Of a stretch of DNA of 59,632 nt, positions 47,811 to 58,414 are shown in pieces. The stretch covers positions 1 through 59,632 of IMG/VR virus record IMGVR_UViG_3300027819_000013; one strand, given 5' to 3'. A program made the translations under genes and the position numbers. The first letter of the stretch is position 1. Every line of letters starts with the position of its first letter. Below the pieces are notes generated by a model. That model had not been told where the DNA came from and made no database searches. It worked only from the letters and a program-made list of their open reading frames with translations. Origin of the DNA: a virus (lineage: Duplodnaviria > Caudoviricetes).

Positions 47811-48176
47811 TCACCACCCAATTGGAAAAGGATAGATCCTTCCATCCCCGCAATCGAAAGCGCGCGCCAGCGGTGCGTTTTCAGGATGTGACCAGCCAGC
47901 CATGTGTTTGCGCTCGTGCATCTCGCTACACTCGGGGTATGGGTGCTGCTTGCTGATTTGGATTATGCCAGTTTCACGATCCGCGCAGCCATAGTAATCC
48001 TGTGATGTGGCGCCGCCGCAGATAACTGCGTCGACGTGGATGATTGCGCGAATGGGGACTGGATCGGAATCTAGCACCCAGTAGGGTGTCGAAAAACAAC
48101 CAGCCAAGATCAGCCCACACAGCACCGCTGCAAGGAAGCAGGCGATCCACCAGAGAATGGCGCGGAGGAGAGTCAT
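47811..48176 (-). CDS. Small lipoprotein with HExxH motif
   Basis: LILAGC lipobox; MHERKH. Confidence 0.55.
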   Translation of the reverse strand: MTLLRAILWWIACFLAAVLCGLILAGCFSTPYWVLDSDPVPIRAIIHVDAVICGGATSQDYYGCADRETGIIQISKQHPYPECSEMHERKHMAGWSHPENAPLARAFDCGDGRIYPFPIGW

Positions 48177-49687
48177 CGGCGCTCCCCCAACAGATTTCGT
48201 TTCGGTTGACCAGCAATCAACATGCGCTCAACTTGTTGCGCGGCAGGCACCCCGAGTCTATCGATAAGCATGGCGCTGTATTCCGGGCGCGAGAAATAAG
48301 CAATAAAGGCGTCATCGCGGAACGCTAGTACTTCAGCGGCGGTAAGCGTCGCCGTCGGTAGTGGCAGGCACTCCGTGGCATGCTGCGAGTACCCGATCCA
48401 GCCGCAGGGATTGTTCTCTGGCAGCCATTCCGGGTGCTCGCGCGATACTTGCATGTGAAGCGCGGAACCAGGGTACGCCATCGCGCAGTAGAAGTTCGCC
48501 CACTCCGTGTTCAGCGCGCAGGCGAGGTCGAGCGTCTCGCGCATCGACTCGCGCGTGTCGTCGGGTAGGCCGAAAATGTAGTTGGCGCCGACGCAGATGC
48601 CTGCGGCTCGAACACCAGCGACCGCGGCGAAGATGTCTTCGGTGCTGAATCGTCCCTTTTCGACGCCGTCGCGCACATGCTTGCTGCCGGATTCGATCCC
48701 CAGGCCCAGCCAGCGAAACCCTGCGCTTCGCATCATGGCTAACATATAATCGTCTTTCACGGTGTCGATGCGGGCGTAAGCCCAGAGATTAAGATTATCG
48801 AAACTCTTATTCGCAGCCCGACATTGAAGAAGTAACTTACAGATCCCTTTTACTCGTGCCGGGTTCAGCGTGAACATCTCGTCAGGGATCTTAATGTTAG
48901 TGATGCCGTAGTCGTTCACGAGTCGCGCGATTTGGCCGACGACGTTCGCAGCCGACCAATAACGCATGCGCGGGCTGGCGTCATCGAATGGGGCCTGAAT
49001 GCAACAGAACTCACATTTGAACGGGCAGCCGAGCGAGGTCTGCACGCTGGCGTAGCCGCCTTTCGGATCTCCAGTCCATAGGTGCCAATTATGCGCACGA
49101 TACTGCGTCATGTCGAGCAGCTCCCAGGCTTGGCAGGGGAGTTCGGTATCGAGATCGATGATATTCGGTGCCGCAGCCTGTGTGGTTACCCCGGGACGAC
49201 GCCACAACCCAGGAACATCACTCTCAGAAAGCAAAAGATTTGGATACAATGCCACTAGAAGCTGCTTGATGGTACGCGGCCCCTCTCCTTGACAGACGTA
49301 ATCGAATGGTTCCTCGCGCAGGGTCTTCTTCGGCAGCGCCGAAGGATGCGTACCGAAGGCGAGTATCGGCGGGGGCGGGGAGAATGTGCGCCGAACTATC
49401 TGTGCGACGGCACTCGCCGCTGGCAGACACTGCGTTGAGGCCGAGGGTTGTTGGCCGTAGATCGAGAAGGCGATCAGTCGCGCCTGCGCATTGCCAACAC
49501 GCAGAGCCGTCTCCTCAACAGTCAACCCTTCCGCCTCGGCGTCGAGAATCTGCACACTAAAACCAACATTCAACACAGCGCGGGCGATCAGCCCCGCCCA
49601 CACAGGCGGCTCAATCGCTGCGAATTCGGTCAACGCGTCATAGACGCGTACGCGCGAAGGGGCGTTGACGAGTAAAAGGTCAAGCAT
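48173..49687 (-). CDS. Cobalamin-binding radical SAM enzyme (class B methyltransferase-like)
   Basis: N-terminal B12-binding-type domain (GTHPSALP, CQGEG), TSLGCPFKCEFC, LGIESGS and YIFGLPDDT. Confidence 0.9.
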   Translation of the reverse strand: MLDLLLVNAPSRVRVYDALTEFAAIEPPVWAGLIARAVLNVGFSVQILDAEAEGLTVEETALRVGNAQARLIAFSIYGQQPSASTQCLPAASAVAQIVRRTFSPPPPILAFGTHPSALPKKTLREEPFDYVCQGEGPRTIKQLLVALYPNLLLSESDVPGLWRRPGVTTQAAAPNIIDLDTELPCQAWELLDMTQYRAHNWHLWTGDPKGGYASVQTSLGCPFKCEFCCIQAPFDDASPRMRYWSAANVVGQIARLVNDYGITNIKIPDEMFTLNPARVKGICKLLLQCRAANKSFDNLNLWAYARIDTVKDDYMLAMMRSAGFRWLGLGIESGSKHVRDGVEKGRFSTEDIFAAVAGVRAAGICVGANYIFGLPDDTRESMRETLDLACALNTEWANFYCAMAYPGSALHMQVSREHPEWLPENNPCGWIGYSQHATECLPLPTATLTAAEVLAFRDDAFIAYFSRPEYSAMLIDRLGVPAAQQVERMLIAGQPKRNLLGERR

Positions 49688-50158
49688 CACAATTCGTCCA
49701 GTTTTGAAATGGCCAATTGTGGGTGCCACGTATCGAAGGATCCGCACATGCAGGGATAAGAAGGTGGCTCTAATTTCATCATCCACTCCGCGTCACTTGG
49801 AGCTTGGCGACATAGTCGCAGAATTCTCGTTCCGTTTTCGGAAGCGGCACTTCAATAATCGAACAAAGTGCCCACCTATCAAATTCATCATAGGTGTCAC
49901 CACATTGAAACATCCCCTTGTCATTTACACGCCAATATCTTCCATGTCCCTTGAGATACCACCAACTATGATGGAATTGACCACTCCGGCCATGCCGAGT
50001 CAGACGAGCCTTGCGGCACCACTGACGCCACTGCTTGGGAAGCTTAAAATCTGTTAGATCACCCACCTTCGCGCTCCTTGCCGATGGCGGCGTCGAATTG
50101 TTCTCGCGCCAAGGCTTAGTCAACTCAGCAGCTTCTCGGGCGTTCAGGCTCACGTTGA

Positions 50159-50242
50159 TTACCCCGACCCCGACCACGACCCCGACCGCGACCGCGACCG
50201 CGACCAGCGTCTATAACGACATCGTTGTACGTTCAGGTTCAT
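50159..50242 (-). CDS. 27-aa Arg/Ser-repeat peptide
   Basis: ATG overlaps the upstream stop; MNLNVQRCRYRRWSRSRSRSGSWSGSG encoded by hexamer repeats. Confidence 0.5.
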   Translation of the reverse strand: MNLNVQRCRYRRWSRSRSRSGSWSGSG

Positions 50243-50496
50243 TTCAGGCGTCCGAAGCTCTCGATTGCATGGATTTGCACGTACCATTCATCAGGTAGGT
50301 CTTGTGAATCCTTCCACTTCTTGTCACCAAACGGGCCGGTTTCGTACACCACTGCCGCTTGTGTCAGCAAGACGTAGCTTTCATTGACGCCTGCCAGCTT
50401 GCCAGTGTAAATATAGTTAGCGCAGAACAAAGTTACGCGCTCGCCAAGCAGTTTTTCAAGTCCTTCACCAGCAACTTCTATTACGATCTTTTTCAT
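50239..50496 (-). CDS. Small protein, possible Sm/LSm-like fold
   Basis: GGAG RBS; LLGERVTLF...YTGKLAGVNESYVLL...YVQIHAIESF. Confidence 0.5.
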   Translation of the reverse strand: MKKIVIEVAGEGLEKLLGERVTLFCANYIYTGKLAGVNESYVLLTQAAVVYETGPFGDKKWKDSQDLPDEWYVQIHAIESFGRLK

Positions 50497-50721
50497 GGTT
50501 TCTCCATTGGTTTAATTACAGTCAGGCTCACGTCGCCTTCTTCCCCGCCCGGAACTTGAGATACGCGCAGGCCGCGCAGTTGCAAACCGATGAGTGACCT
50601 GCCGAGTACGCGGACATCGCTTCGCAGTGCGCTTCAAGTTCGCGTGCGAACGATGCCGGAACCAGTTCGTCAATGTCACCGTCCAGGCGCTCGTAGCGGT
50701 AGGTTAATTTGTCGGTCAGCA

Positions 50722-51309
50722 TTATTTCTTCCCCGCAGCGAGGGCGGCGTCGATGGCGGCGTCAAGATTTGGTTTTTCGTCTTGCGTCATACATAGTCGC
50801 CAATCATCCGTTATGCTGAAAGTCCAAAATGTTTCCTGCTTGCTCTCCAGGACTTTTCTTCCTTGTTTGTCATACGCAACCACTTCATCCCACGTTCTCG
50901 TTTCTCCAATGTATTCGACGTTATCGCGAAGCCACTGATACCTCTCCGCATCCCTTCCAATCTCCGCGCCCATGTCGCCGAGGTCGAGGGAGCGGATGGA
51001 GCCAATACGCAATAATTCACGAGCGCATTTCAGTGCAGCATCATCCCATTCATTGGCTTCCGTAACGCCGAAGTGTTCCCAAGAACTTGTCGTGGTCATG
51101 CGTTTGGCTATAGCTAATATCTCTGTATTGACCCGCAGCGCGGCAAGCTGGGCGAGGACAGAGTCGCGCTGTCCTTCTAGTTTGCGAGCGTGGTCAGCAA
51201 CCACAACTTCGCACGGGCCATCGTTTTGACTTTCGTAGTGATGCCAGAAAACGAGAGCATCCGTTTCAGGCGTAGGCACTTCACGCTCCGGGCGCGAGGT
51301 CATGTCCAT
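50722..51309 (-). CDS. Phage hypothetical protein
   Basis: RDAERYQWLR and LDAAIDAA motifs common in proteobacterial phage early genes. Confidence 0.6.
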   Translation of the reverse strand: MDMTSRPEREVPTPETDALVFWHHYESQNDGPCEVVVADHARKLEGQRDSVLAQLAALRVNTEILAIAKRMTTTSSWEHFGVTEANEWDDAALKCARELLRIGSIRSLDLGDMGAEIGRDAERYQWLRDNVEYIGETRTWDEVVAYDKQGRKVLESKQETFWTFSITDDWRLCMTQDEKPNLDAAIDAALAAGKK

Positions 51310-51536
51310 AGTCCTCGAAGTAGATGCTTAGGACTACTGTTAAGCGCCTTCGCCATTTGTTCAATAGTGTGTAACATGCAGCGCTGTTTCCCGTTCTCAA
51401 AATTCACAAGGCTGGTGCGGGTGAGGCCGCACGCTTTTGCTAAGTCTTGCTGCGTCATACCGATTGCCTCGCGTATGTACCTAACACGCATTCCGATGGC
51501 TGAATAGATAGTCTCTACCGGCTTTGCTGTGATCAT
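51300..51536 (-). CDS. XRE-family HTH regulator
   Basis: IGMRVRYIRE...MTQQDLAKACGLTRTSLVNFENG. Confidence 0.85.
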   Translation of the reverse strand: MITAKPVETIYSAIGMRVRYIREAIGMTQQDLAKACGLTRTSLVNFENGKQRCMLHTIEQMAKALNSSPKHLLRGLWT

Positions 51537-52321
51537 GAATTCCCCTCCTGCTCGGCCTTCCATTGGTCGTAGGCGACAACAGCAGCAGGCTTGTGGTGAG
51601 AGACAATTGTCCAGCCTTTCGCTAGCGCATCCGCGTGCCTCGTTAGATCCTCCGCCTTCGCCTGGAGCGCGGTGGCAAGGGATTCAAATGGTCGCAGGCG
51701 TTCAACCTCTCTGCGCATCCTGTCTATCCATCCGCCAGGACCGTTGTCATCAATCCAATCGCGGACATTGCGTTCCGCCTCCTCCCTCGCCTTGCGCTCG
51801 GCCTTAACTTCATCCTGTAATTGAGCGGCTCGCTTGAATGCTACGCCCCATCCGTTCTTTTGTTCCTCCGTTCTCGCATTCGCCTCGGCGAGCTGCTCAT
51901 CCAACGCCGCAATCCTATTCGCGCGCTTACCATCTGCGAGCGCGTGCTGTTTGCGCTCGTCGGTGAGCTGCGCATTCGCCTCCCTGAGTTCGGCTTCCTT
52001 GCTTGTAAGGCCGTTCTGTAAATCACGAACGGCAAACTTCAGCGATTCAATTTCCTCTTTGAGCGTGTCAATGTGTTGTTGCTGGAGTCTATATTCTTGG
52101 CCGCGATCTGCGCGAAGTTCGGCTTCCTTGGCGGCGAGAAGACGTTCGTGATCCTCAGTGCGAACGTAATCACCAGCGTCATCCCCAGGAGGATAGCGCT
52201 CGTAAATTGAGCGCTCAAAGTCTCGCTGCATCGTAGCTCGATCCTCTCTTTTACATTTTGGACAATCGTCATGTTTGTTGCTGTTCCATCGTCCGTGTTG
52301 CTGACAATATTCAAGACTCAT
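51533..52321 (-). CDS. Coiled-coil hypothetical protein
   Basis: Long charged heptad-like ORF. Confidence 0.55.
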   Translation of the reverse strand: MSLEYCQQHGRWNSNKHDDCPKCKREDRATMQRDFERSIYERYPPGDDAGDYVRTEDHERLLAAKEAELRADRGQEYRLQQQHIDTLKEEIESLKFAVRDLQNGLTSKEAELREANAQLTDERKQHALADGKRANRIAALDEQLAEANARTEEQKNGWGVAFKRAAQLQDEVKAERKAREEAERNVRDWIDDNGPGGWIDRMRREVERLRPFESLATALQAKAEDLTRHADALAKGWTIVSHHKPAAVVAYDQWKAEQEGNS

Positions 52322-52643
52322 GTTTAAGCTCCTTGGCGATGTCCTCGCAGAGACGTTCGGTTTCATCGCTCCAGTGCTTATTGAGGCGCACCAACGATTC
52401 GCGCAGCAATGCCTCCAGCCTCGCCTCTCTACGTGCGGAAGCGAGCAGGGCGGGAGCGACGTTCCATATTTTGCCTGCATGATCTGCCCATGTGAGCGGG
52501 GTTACTGTCTTTAGCAGCGCCTCCAGCGCGTCGATCTGGGCCGCAGACAGCACAGGCGCATGACTCTCCATCATGCTAGACGACTGCGCGGAGCCGGTAT
52601 CACTACGCGGCACCTGCGCCGCTGCGGGTTGATCTTTATCCAT
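52311..52643 (-). CDS. Hypothetical protein
   Basis: GAGGAG RBS; in the early operon. Confidence 0.5.
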   Translation of the reverse strand: MDKDQPAAAQVPRSDTGSAQSSSMMESHAPVLSAAQIDALEALLKTVTPLTWADHAGKIWNVAPALLASARREARLEALLRESLVRLNKHWSDETERLCEDIAKELKHES

Positions 52644-52647
52644 TTCG

Positions 52648-54249
52648 TTACTCCTCAGTCCCCGCAGCCATCAGCCCGAACATAACGCAGATCCACTCCA
52701 GGGCCGTCGCGTCGTCAACCTGGAATGCTACGGCTACCGCGTGAATGATCGCCGTATCCGAAGGAATCACCTTACCGGATGCCGTGAGCGTTACGACGGG
52801 TTTGATTGGAACCGCAGCGCCAGCCAGTTGGGCGGGATGCCCGGGCGCAGTGACGTTTGCCGGCTGGCTTGCGGTTTCCTTTGCCTGCTGCTCGGCGAGC
52901 AGCTTTGCGGCTTCTTCGGCGCGGATGCGCGATCGTTCGGCTTCTAGGCGTTTGACCTCGGAGGCGGCATGGTCGGCGATGCGGACCTTGACCAGCGCTG
53001 CGAGGTCGTCGGGTTCCTTTAGGACGATCTGCGCTACGTCGGCGAACAGGAATTTATACTCTGACCCGAGTTCGCGCAGCGTATTCAGGTTCAGGCCGAT
53101 GCGGTCGGCAATGGCGTTGGCTTCGATCTTGGCGCGGGCCAACTCGGTATCGACAGAATTGCGTAAGCTGGCAATCGGGTTCTTCCCGCCTCCTTTCCCC
53201 TTGATGGCTCCGGCAAAGTCGGCCGGGATCACAGGCATGTACGGCTTGCCCAGGCGCTTTGTCAGGGTGGCTACGTGAGCTGCGAGCATATCCTTACCGC
53301 CCTGCACAATCTCGAACCGGATGGATTCTTTGCGATTCTTGACTAACCTGGTGAGCATCAACCGCGTTGTGCGTGCCTGACCGGCGTACAGGGCCACGGT
53401 GCGGCGCATCTCGTCGATGCTGGCTGTCTGTGCCAGCGCCCCGGCTTCGGCTGCCTCAAGGGCTGTTTGGGCCTTTTCCAGCGTTTTGATCGCAGCTTCG
53501 GCATCGGCGAATTCTTGATCCGTGGACGGGTTTTGTGGCACCGCAGCAATAAACCTGGTCAGCTCGGCGCCGAACACCTTTAGGTTGTCAATCAGGCTGA
53601 TCTCGCCCTTGACCTGAATCGACAGAGCTGGGAGCTGCATAGTTGGTGCGGCGACGGCGGCAGGGATGACTTCGACCGGCTGATAGGCGGCGAGGTCAAT
53701 GCTGAACTGCGCCCAACCGGCTTGAATCCGATCGAACCATGCCTGATCCGGCTTGACGAACATATGCACGCAGTTCTCGGGCGTGCCGTCCGACACCATG
53801 AAAAGCACCTGCTCGGCGCCGGTCACGAGCATTACTTGCTGGCATTGCGGCTGGTGCTCGTCGGGCAGTTCGCCGCGCTTGACGGATGCCGCGAGGTCCG
53901 CAGAATGGAGCTTGTGCTCAAAAGCGAGTTCACCGCCCATCGTCAGGCCGTCGCAGGATGCCGACAGCGTGCCGTAGGAGTACGTCGCCGGGTACAGTGT
54001 GTCCCCGATGATCGCCTCGGCCATCGGACGCGCTGCTGCTTCGGCAGCGTGGCCGGCGTTGAACAGACTTTGCGTGTATGGGTCGACCTCCGGCGCGATG
54101 CCGGTCGCCTTCTGGCGCAGCAGCTCGGAGCGGGAAACGTAGGGCGACAGGCCGAGCATGGCCGCGGCTTCGCTCGCGCCTTGGTGAGTAAGGCGGAAGG
54201 CGTGCCATTCTGGGGACTGCTGATGTAGTTCATGCAGGATGCGGTTCAT
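52648..54249 (-). CDS. YqaJ-like viral recombinase exonuclease
   Basis: QQSPEWHAFR...ASEAAAMLG, SASCDG, FEHK and QCQQ. Confidence 0.9.
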   Translation of the reverse strand: MNRILHELHQQSPEWHAFRLTHQGASEAAAMLGLSPYVSRSELLRQKATGIAPEVDPYTQSLFNAGHAAEAAARPMAEAIIGDTLYPATYSYGTLSASCDGLTMGGELAFEHKLHSADLAASVKRGELPDEHQPQCQQVMLVTGAEQVLFMVSDGTPENCVHMFVKPDQAWFDRIQAGWAQFSIDLAAYQPVEVIPAAVAAPTMQLPALSIQVKGEISLIDNLKVFGAELTRFIAAVPQNPSTDQEFADAEAAIKTLEKAQTALEAAEAGALAQTASIDEMRRTVALYAGQARTTRLMLTRLVKNRKESIRFEIVQGGKDMLAAHVATLTKRLGKPYMPVIPADFAGAIKGKGGGKNPIASLRNSVDTELARAKIEANAIADRIGLNLNTLRELGSEYKFLFADVAQIVLKEPDDLAALVKVRIADHAASEVKRLEAERSRIRAEEAAKLLAEQQAKETASQPANVTAPGHPAQLAGAAVPIKPVVTLTASGKVIPSDTAIIHAVAVAFQVDDATALEWICVMFGLMAAGTEE

Positions 54250-55229
54250 TTTGTCACCTCGAATTCCGCCTTGCGCTTCTGGTAGATCACGTTCAATTCG
54301 CCGCGCTGCCCCTCGTCGGCGACACTGCGAATGAGATCAGCATCCGCGTCCAGAATGTCCTCGTCAGTCGCCTTCTGCAATTTGTCGGCGACGACGGCGA
54401 ACGTGACGGCATCCGGCACATCCTTCTTGATCACCGTGATCGTGGCCTTCTGCGCGTCGGACAGCACGCTCCTGCTGCTGACGGTAGCGATGATCTGTTC
54501 GGGCGTTTTCTTGCCGGACTTGATCAGTTTCGTCCAGGCCGGGAGGTTTTTGGCGAAGTCGGCTTCGGTGTAGGGCGGCGGGCCGGAGGGCTTCTGCGGC
54601 TCGTGCTCGATCACCGTGCCTTCATCCAACGGCTTGCCTTCCATTTCGTCGGCGGTCGGCGCGGCGCCAAGCTCAGGGAACGCCTTGCGCAACGCCTGCG
54701 CTTCTGCACACTTGGCGAGCTGCGCGAACGGCCGACGCTTCCACATCGCATTCGGGATTACGGAGTCGCGTTTTTGGGTCGCGTAGTTTTCCAGCCAGCG
54801 CTCATTCGCCGTGAACTCGACAATCTGCCCGGAATCCATGCGGCGCCGGACGGTGACGCGGCACCATTCCGGGTAATCGAGTGAGAATTCGCCGGCCTTC
54901 AACTGCTTCGTCGGGCCGTATTCCGGTTCAGTGATCCCGGCGTATTCCCCAGTGCGCGAGGCTTGCGTGCGGTACAGGCCGATGCCTGGCATAACCACGT
55001 CGCGCATTTCGTAGCCGTCGCCTTTCTTGACGCTGATCGGTACGATATGGCACGGCTTCTGCATCGGGTCAAGGCCGGCAGCTTTGCAGTAGCCGAGTAC
55101 TAGCTTAATGCTCTCCGGTTTTGCGCCTGGGTATAGGCTGTTCTGCAGGACGCTCATCAGTTCCTGCTCACTCATGGTGAGTGCTGGAACGCTGGCGCTG
55201 AGTGTTGCGGGTAACGCTTTGTCGTTCAT
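54246..55229 (-). CDS. bet: Single-strand annealing protein Bet/RecT
   Basis: YCKAAGLDPMQKP, GIGLYR and MWKRRPFAQLAKCAEAQALRKAFP. Confidence 0.9.
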   Translation of the reverse strand: MNDKALPATLSASVPALTMSEQELMSVLQNSLYPGAKPESIKLVLGYCKAAGLDPMQKPCHIVPISVKKGDGYEMRDVVMPGIGLYRTQASRTGEYAGITEPEYGPTKQLKAGEFSLDYPEWCRVTVRRRMDSGQIVEFTANERWLENYATQKRDSVIPNAMWKRRPFAQLAKCAEAQALRKAFPELGAAPTADEMEGKPLDEGTVIEHEPQKPSGPPPYTEADFAKNLPAWTKLIKSGKKTPEQIIATVSSRSVLSDAQKATITVIKKDVPDAVTFAVVADKLQKATDEDILDADADLIRSVADEGQRGELNVIYQKRKAEFEVTK

Positions 55230-56081
55230 TTCGCTTGCTCCTGTTCCTGTTTCGGTTCCACGAACGTAAATTCCACTTCAGGGATGCGTTCATAGTGGAC
55301 CCCAGTGACTGTATTAAACATGCCCGGCCATGTCTGATCGACATAAGCGAGCAACGCGGCCTCCACGTCTTTGCGATCAAATCCCAGTTTCATAGTGTGT
55401 CTCCTGTTGTTCGTTAGGTATAACCTGTAATTTCGGTTTCGCGGTCCTTGTTTTCGCTATGCGCTCGGCGTGGCAGCGGCGGCAAATCCTCAGATTGGAA
55501 TACGATGCCAGCGCAGCCATTGATGATGGTTTGTGTTCAGCTTTTCTCAGCCGACGCCACCGATGACCGCCTCCTAGCCATTTGGGAAGGGCGCAAATCA
55601 GACGTCCGAAGATCATCATTTGCATTCACACCCGGTACAGTATTGTTCGCCCGTAACCTTGCCGTAAATGAGACTCCAGCATCCCGCCATGCCGTCCAGG
55701 GCATTGGGGTAGCTGCACCAATCCGGTTGCATATATCCGACATCCTGCAAGCTGCGCCAAGTCATTCCTTCGGCGCACAGGCGCTTGAATTCACCCGGTG
55801 GCATCAGGTGGAAGTAGAGGCTCATCGCATCATCCATCCCCACGTGAGCTTTACAAGCTCAGTGAAGGTGACGTTATGGCCCGCTTCCACTTCGATGCGC
55901 GGTAAGGCCAGATTCGGCAGTGGGAGCAACGATCTCGGCTTGGCTTTGAATGCCGGATGATTGACGTGCAGCTCGCCCATTGCTTCGATCAACTCGGGCA
56001 CCGTCATTCGACGCCGATCTTCCTGGGTGAGTGATGCCCATTTCGACGTGCGTTCGATGGTGTGCAGAATGCGGGGATGGT

Positions 56082-56408
56082 TCATGATTTGTTGTCCCTC
56101 AGCGATTCGAGAAATTTGCGCTCGGCGCGGGCGAACTGAACGAGTTGTGGGCTGTCGGCGACGCGTTCGTGAAGGCCCCCGAGAAGATGGAATTGCATTG
56201 CCCATGCTTCATATGGCGTATTGCGACAATTATCCAGGCCGGTTTTTGTAGAGACTGGACACCCGGCACAAGATAAAGCGCGATTAAACTCCAAACACAA
56301 TGCGCAGTTGTCAGCGCCGATATCAGGCATTTCTCCGCATTCGATCTGCCGCCATTTTTCAATCGACAGTTCGAGCGCGGTGGCTGCGCGTTTGCTGAGC
56401 TTGGTCAT
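56082..56408 (-). CDS. Cys-rich hypothetical protein
   Basis: SIEKW...CALC...CAGCPV. Confidence 0.55.
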   Translation of the reverse strand: MTKLSKRAATALELSIEKWRQIECGEMPDIGADNCALCLEFNRALSCAGCPVSTKTGLDNCRNTPYEAWAMQFHLLGGLHERVADSPQLVQFARAERKFLESLRDNKS

Positions 56409-57879
56409 GGCTTCCTCGCTAGGCCGCGCCAGAATGTTCTCGCAGGAAGAGATGTCGGCTCTACAGCTTGTGCTTTTGTCTCAGTTACCGTGCTATTCCA
56501 AGTACGAAAACAGAATCTTTCGCCATTCCAGTATGAGAGCGCTGGCCCATTGACGAATTGATCGTCTACCTCGTACACGCCTTTATGCACCGGCGTAATC
56601 TCGGGCGGATACCATCCCGTTACTTTTCTTCTCATCGCGCCTCCTTGATTGCAATTTGTTGCCTCGCGCCATCGCTGTAGCGCATCGTCATCTGCTCGAC
56701 GCGAGGCTGACGCGATTGGACTTCGGTTAGGAGCTTGGCGTGCAGCTCGCGCTCGCTGTGCAGGAGGTAAGCCCAAGGTGCGCTTGTTACTACTGCTGCG
56801 ATGATGATTAGCCGCAAGGTGCGCCTCCACGCCGGATCAGCTTTCGGAGTCACGACGTAATTGCCGGAACGGCAATAGCGACCAGAGGGTAGGGTATAGC
56901 CGGTCATGAAATAAGCTCCATATCTTCGGATGCGTCAGCCTCGCCTGTGGTGCATGAAAAGCACATGCCACATCCTGCATATTTCCATTGTTTCTCGTCG
57001 CAGTTGCAGCACGTTCTGTCTTTGCGGTTTGCAAGCGCCGTGAGTTCCTTCAGGGAACGCGAGTCGCCGTATTCCTCTTTCGCCTGCTTCGGTGTGATGT
57101 AAGCGCCAAAGTTATTCATCACTCCTCATCATTGATCTTCAGCCCGATCGCATATCCCGCGATCAGGCACAGTACGATCACCACGCACACGCCGATCAGG
57201 TGCCAAGCGTCGAAGTCGGGGAGGGTCATTTGCTTTTCCCTGTACCGTGACTGCGCGCGATATACTTTTCCAGTTTTCGGTGCTGAATACGGCAAGAAAC
57301 AACGTCGTTATTCAAACCTTCGATGAATACGCTAATAGCTCCGCGCTCGTCGTACCACCATGCAGATTTGCCGCGCATTACCCACGCTTTTTTCGGACGC
57401 AGACTAATTGTCATTTGCGGCTCCTGGCGATGGCGGCGCGTATGCGCTGGCGCACCAGGCCATTCGTGTGCGCGATTGCATCTTCGGGGGATGTATCATT
57501 TGGATCGGCATCATCGTCGGTGTGCCATTCCAACATCTCGTATGCGTATTCGAGTGCAGCCAACAGTTCATCCCTCTGCTCATGCAGTTCGGCTAATTCG
57601 CAAATCACACAAAGCCCATCAACAATGTCGGATGTATGTTTAGCACATACGGATACGCGGTGATTCCAGCCAATAGCCGCATCACGTTCGGCCTTGAGTC
57701 GGCGAACTCGTCGGTGGCAACTGGGATGGCGTGATAGCGCGTCCTTGATTGCAGAACGCAATGTGGATAATATGGTCGCGCTTCTGGTGAACCACTCCAT
57801 GCTTCTGCGCACAAAGGCGTTCCGCCATAACCTACGTCGGGCGTGAGGCCGCAATGTGGACACGTTTCCTTCGCGGTAG

Positions 57880-58260
57880 TCATGTGGCACGCTTTGCAAG
57901 CATGGCGTCGGTATGTGGTACACGTTTAAGAGGGTCACCAGCGAGAAGAATGTCGGCGTACATGGCTCCTACAGAGCCTCGCAAATTGTAGCCGCCGATT
58001 TTTCCTTCGCGTAACAGCACACGCGCAAGCTGAATAGCCGCCTCTTCTTCAAGCGTCCAGTTGTTTGAGCGGGGCGGATCAAGGAAACGTATTGACTGAG
58101 GATTTTTGTTTTCAACAACACACAATCCATTCGCGCGTAACCGTGTAATGTCCTCCTTGCTCATCGTTCCGTTTTGAATAATCAACAACGGCATGCGCGG
58201 GAAAGCTGTCCCGCCTGTCTTATCGTTACTCACGCTGCCATCGGCCATGTCGCCCTCCAT
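57880..58260 (-). CDS. Hypothetical protein
   Basis: GGTAFP...DAMLAKR motif of phage early proteins; start uncertain. Confidence 0.5.
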   Translation of the reverse strand: MEGDMADGSVSNDKTGGTAFPRMPLLIIQNGTMSKEDITRLRANGLCVVENKNPQSIRFLDPPRSNNWTLEEEAAIQLARVLLREGKIGGYNLRGSVGAMYADILLAGDPLKRVPHTDAMLAKRAT

Positions 58261-58414
58261 TTCGTCATCGCTGATTCATACTCCCTCGCCTCTCGCCGCG
58301 CCTTCAGGAGTGAGCGGATAGCTGACCGGCGCGAGCAACTGACGCCGGAGAAGAAAAACGGACTCCGGTTCGCGGTCCAATGCCAGAGGTCTCCATCCTG
58401 TCGCAGCGTGTGCC

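Noticed and set aside
40048-49687. Classical O-antigen seroconversion cassette
   Set aside because: No GtrAB, Wzy, flippase or multi-TM transferase, and no evidence of lysogeny.
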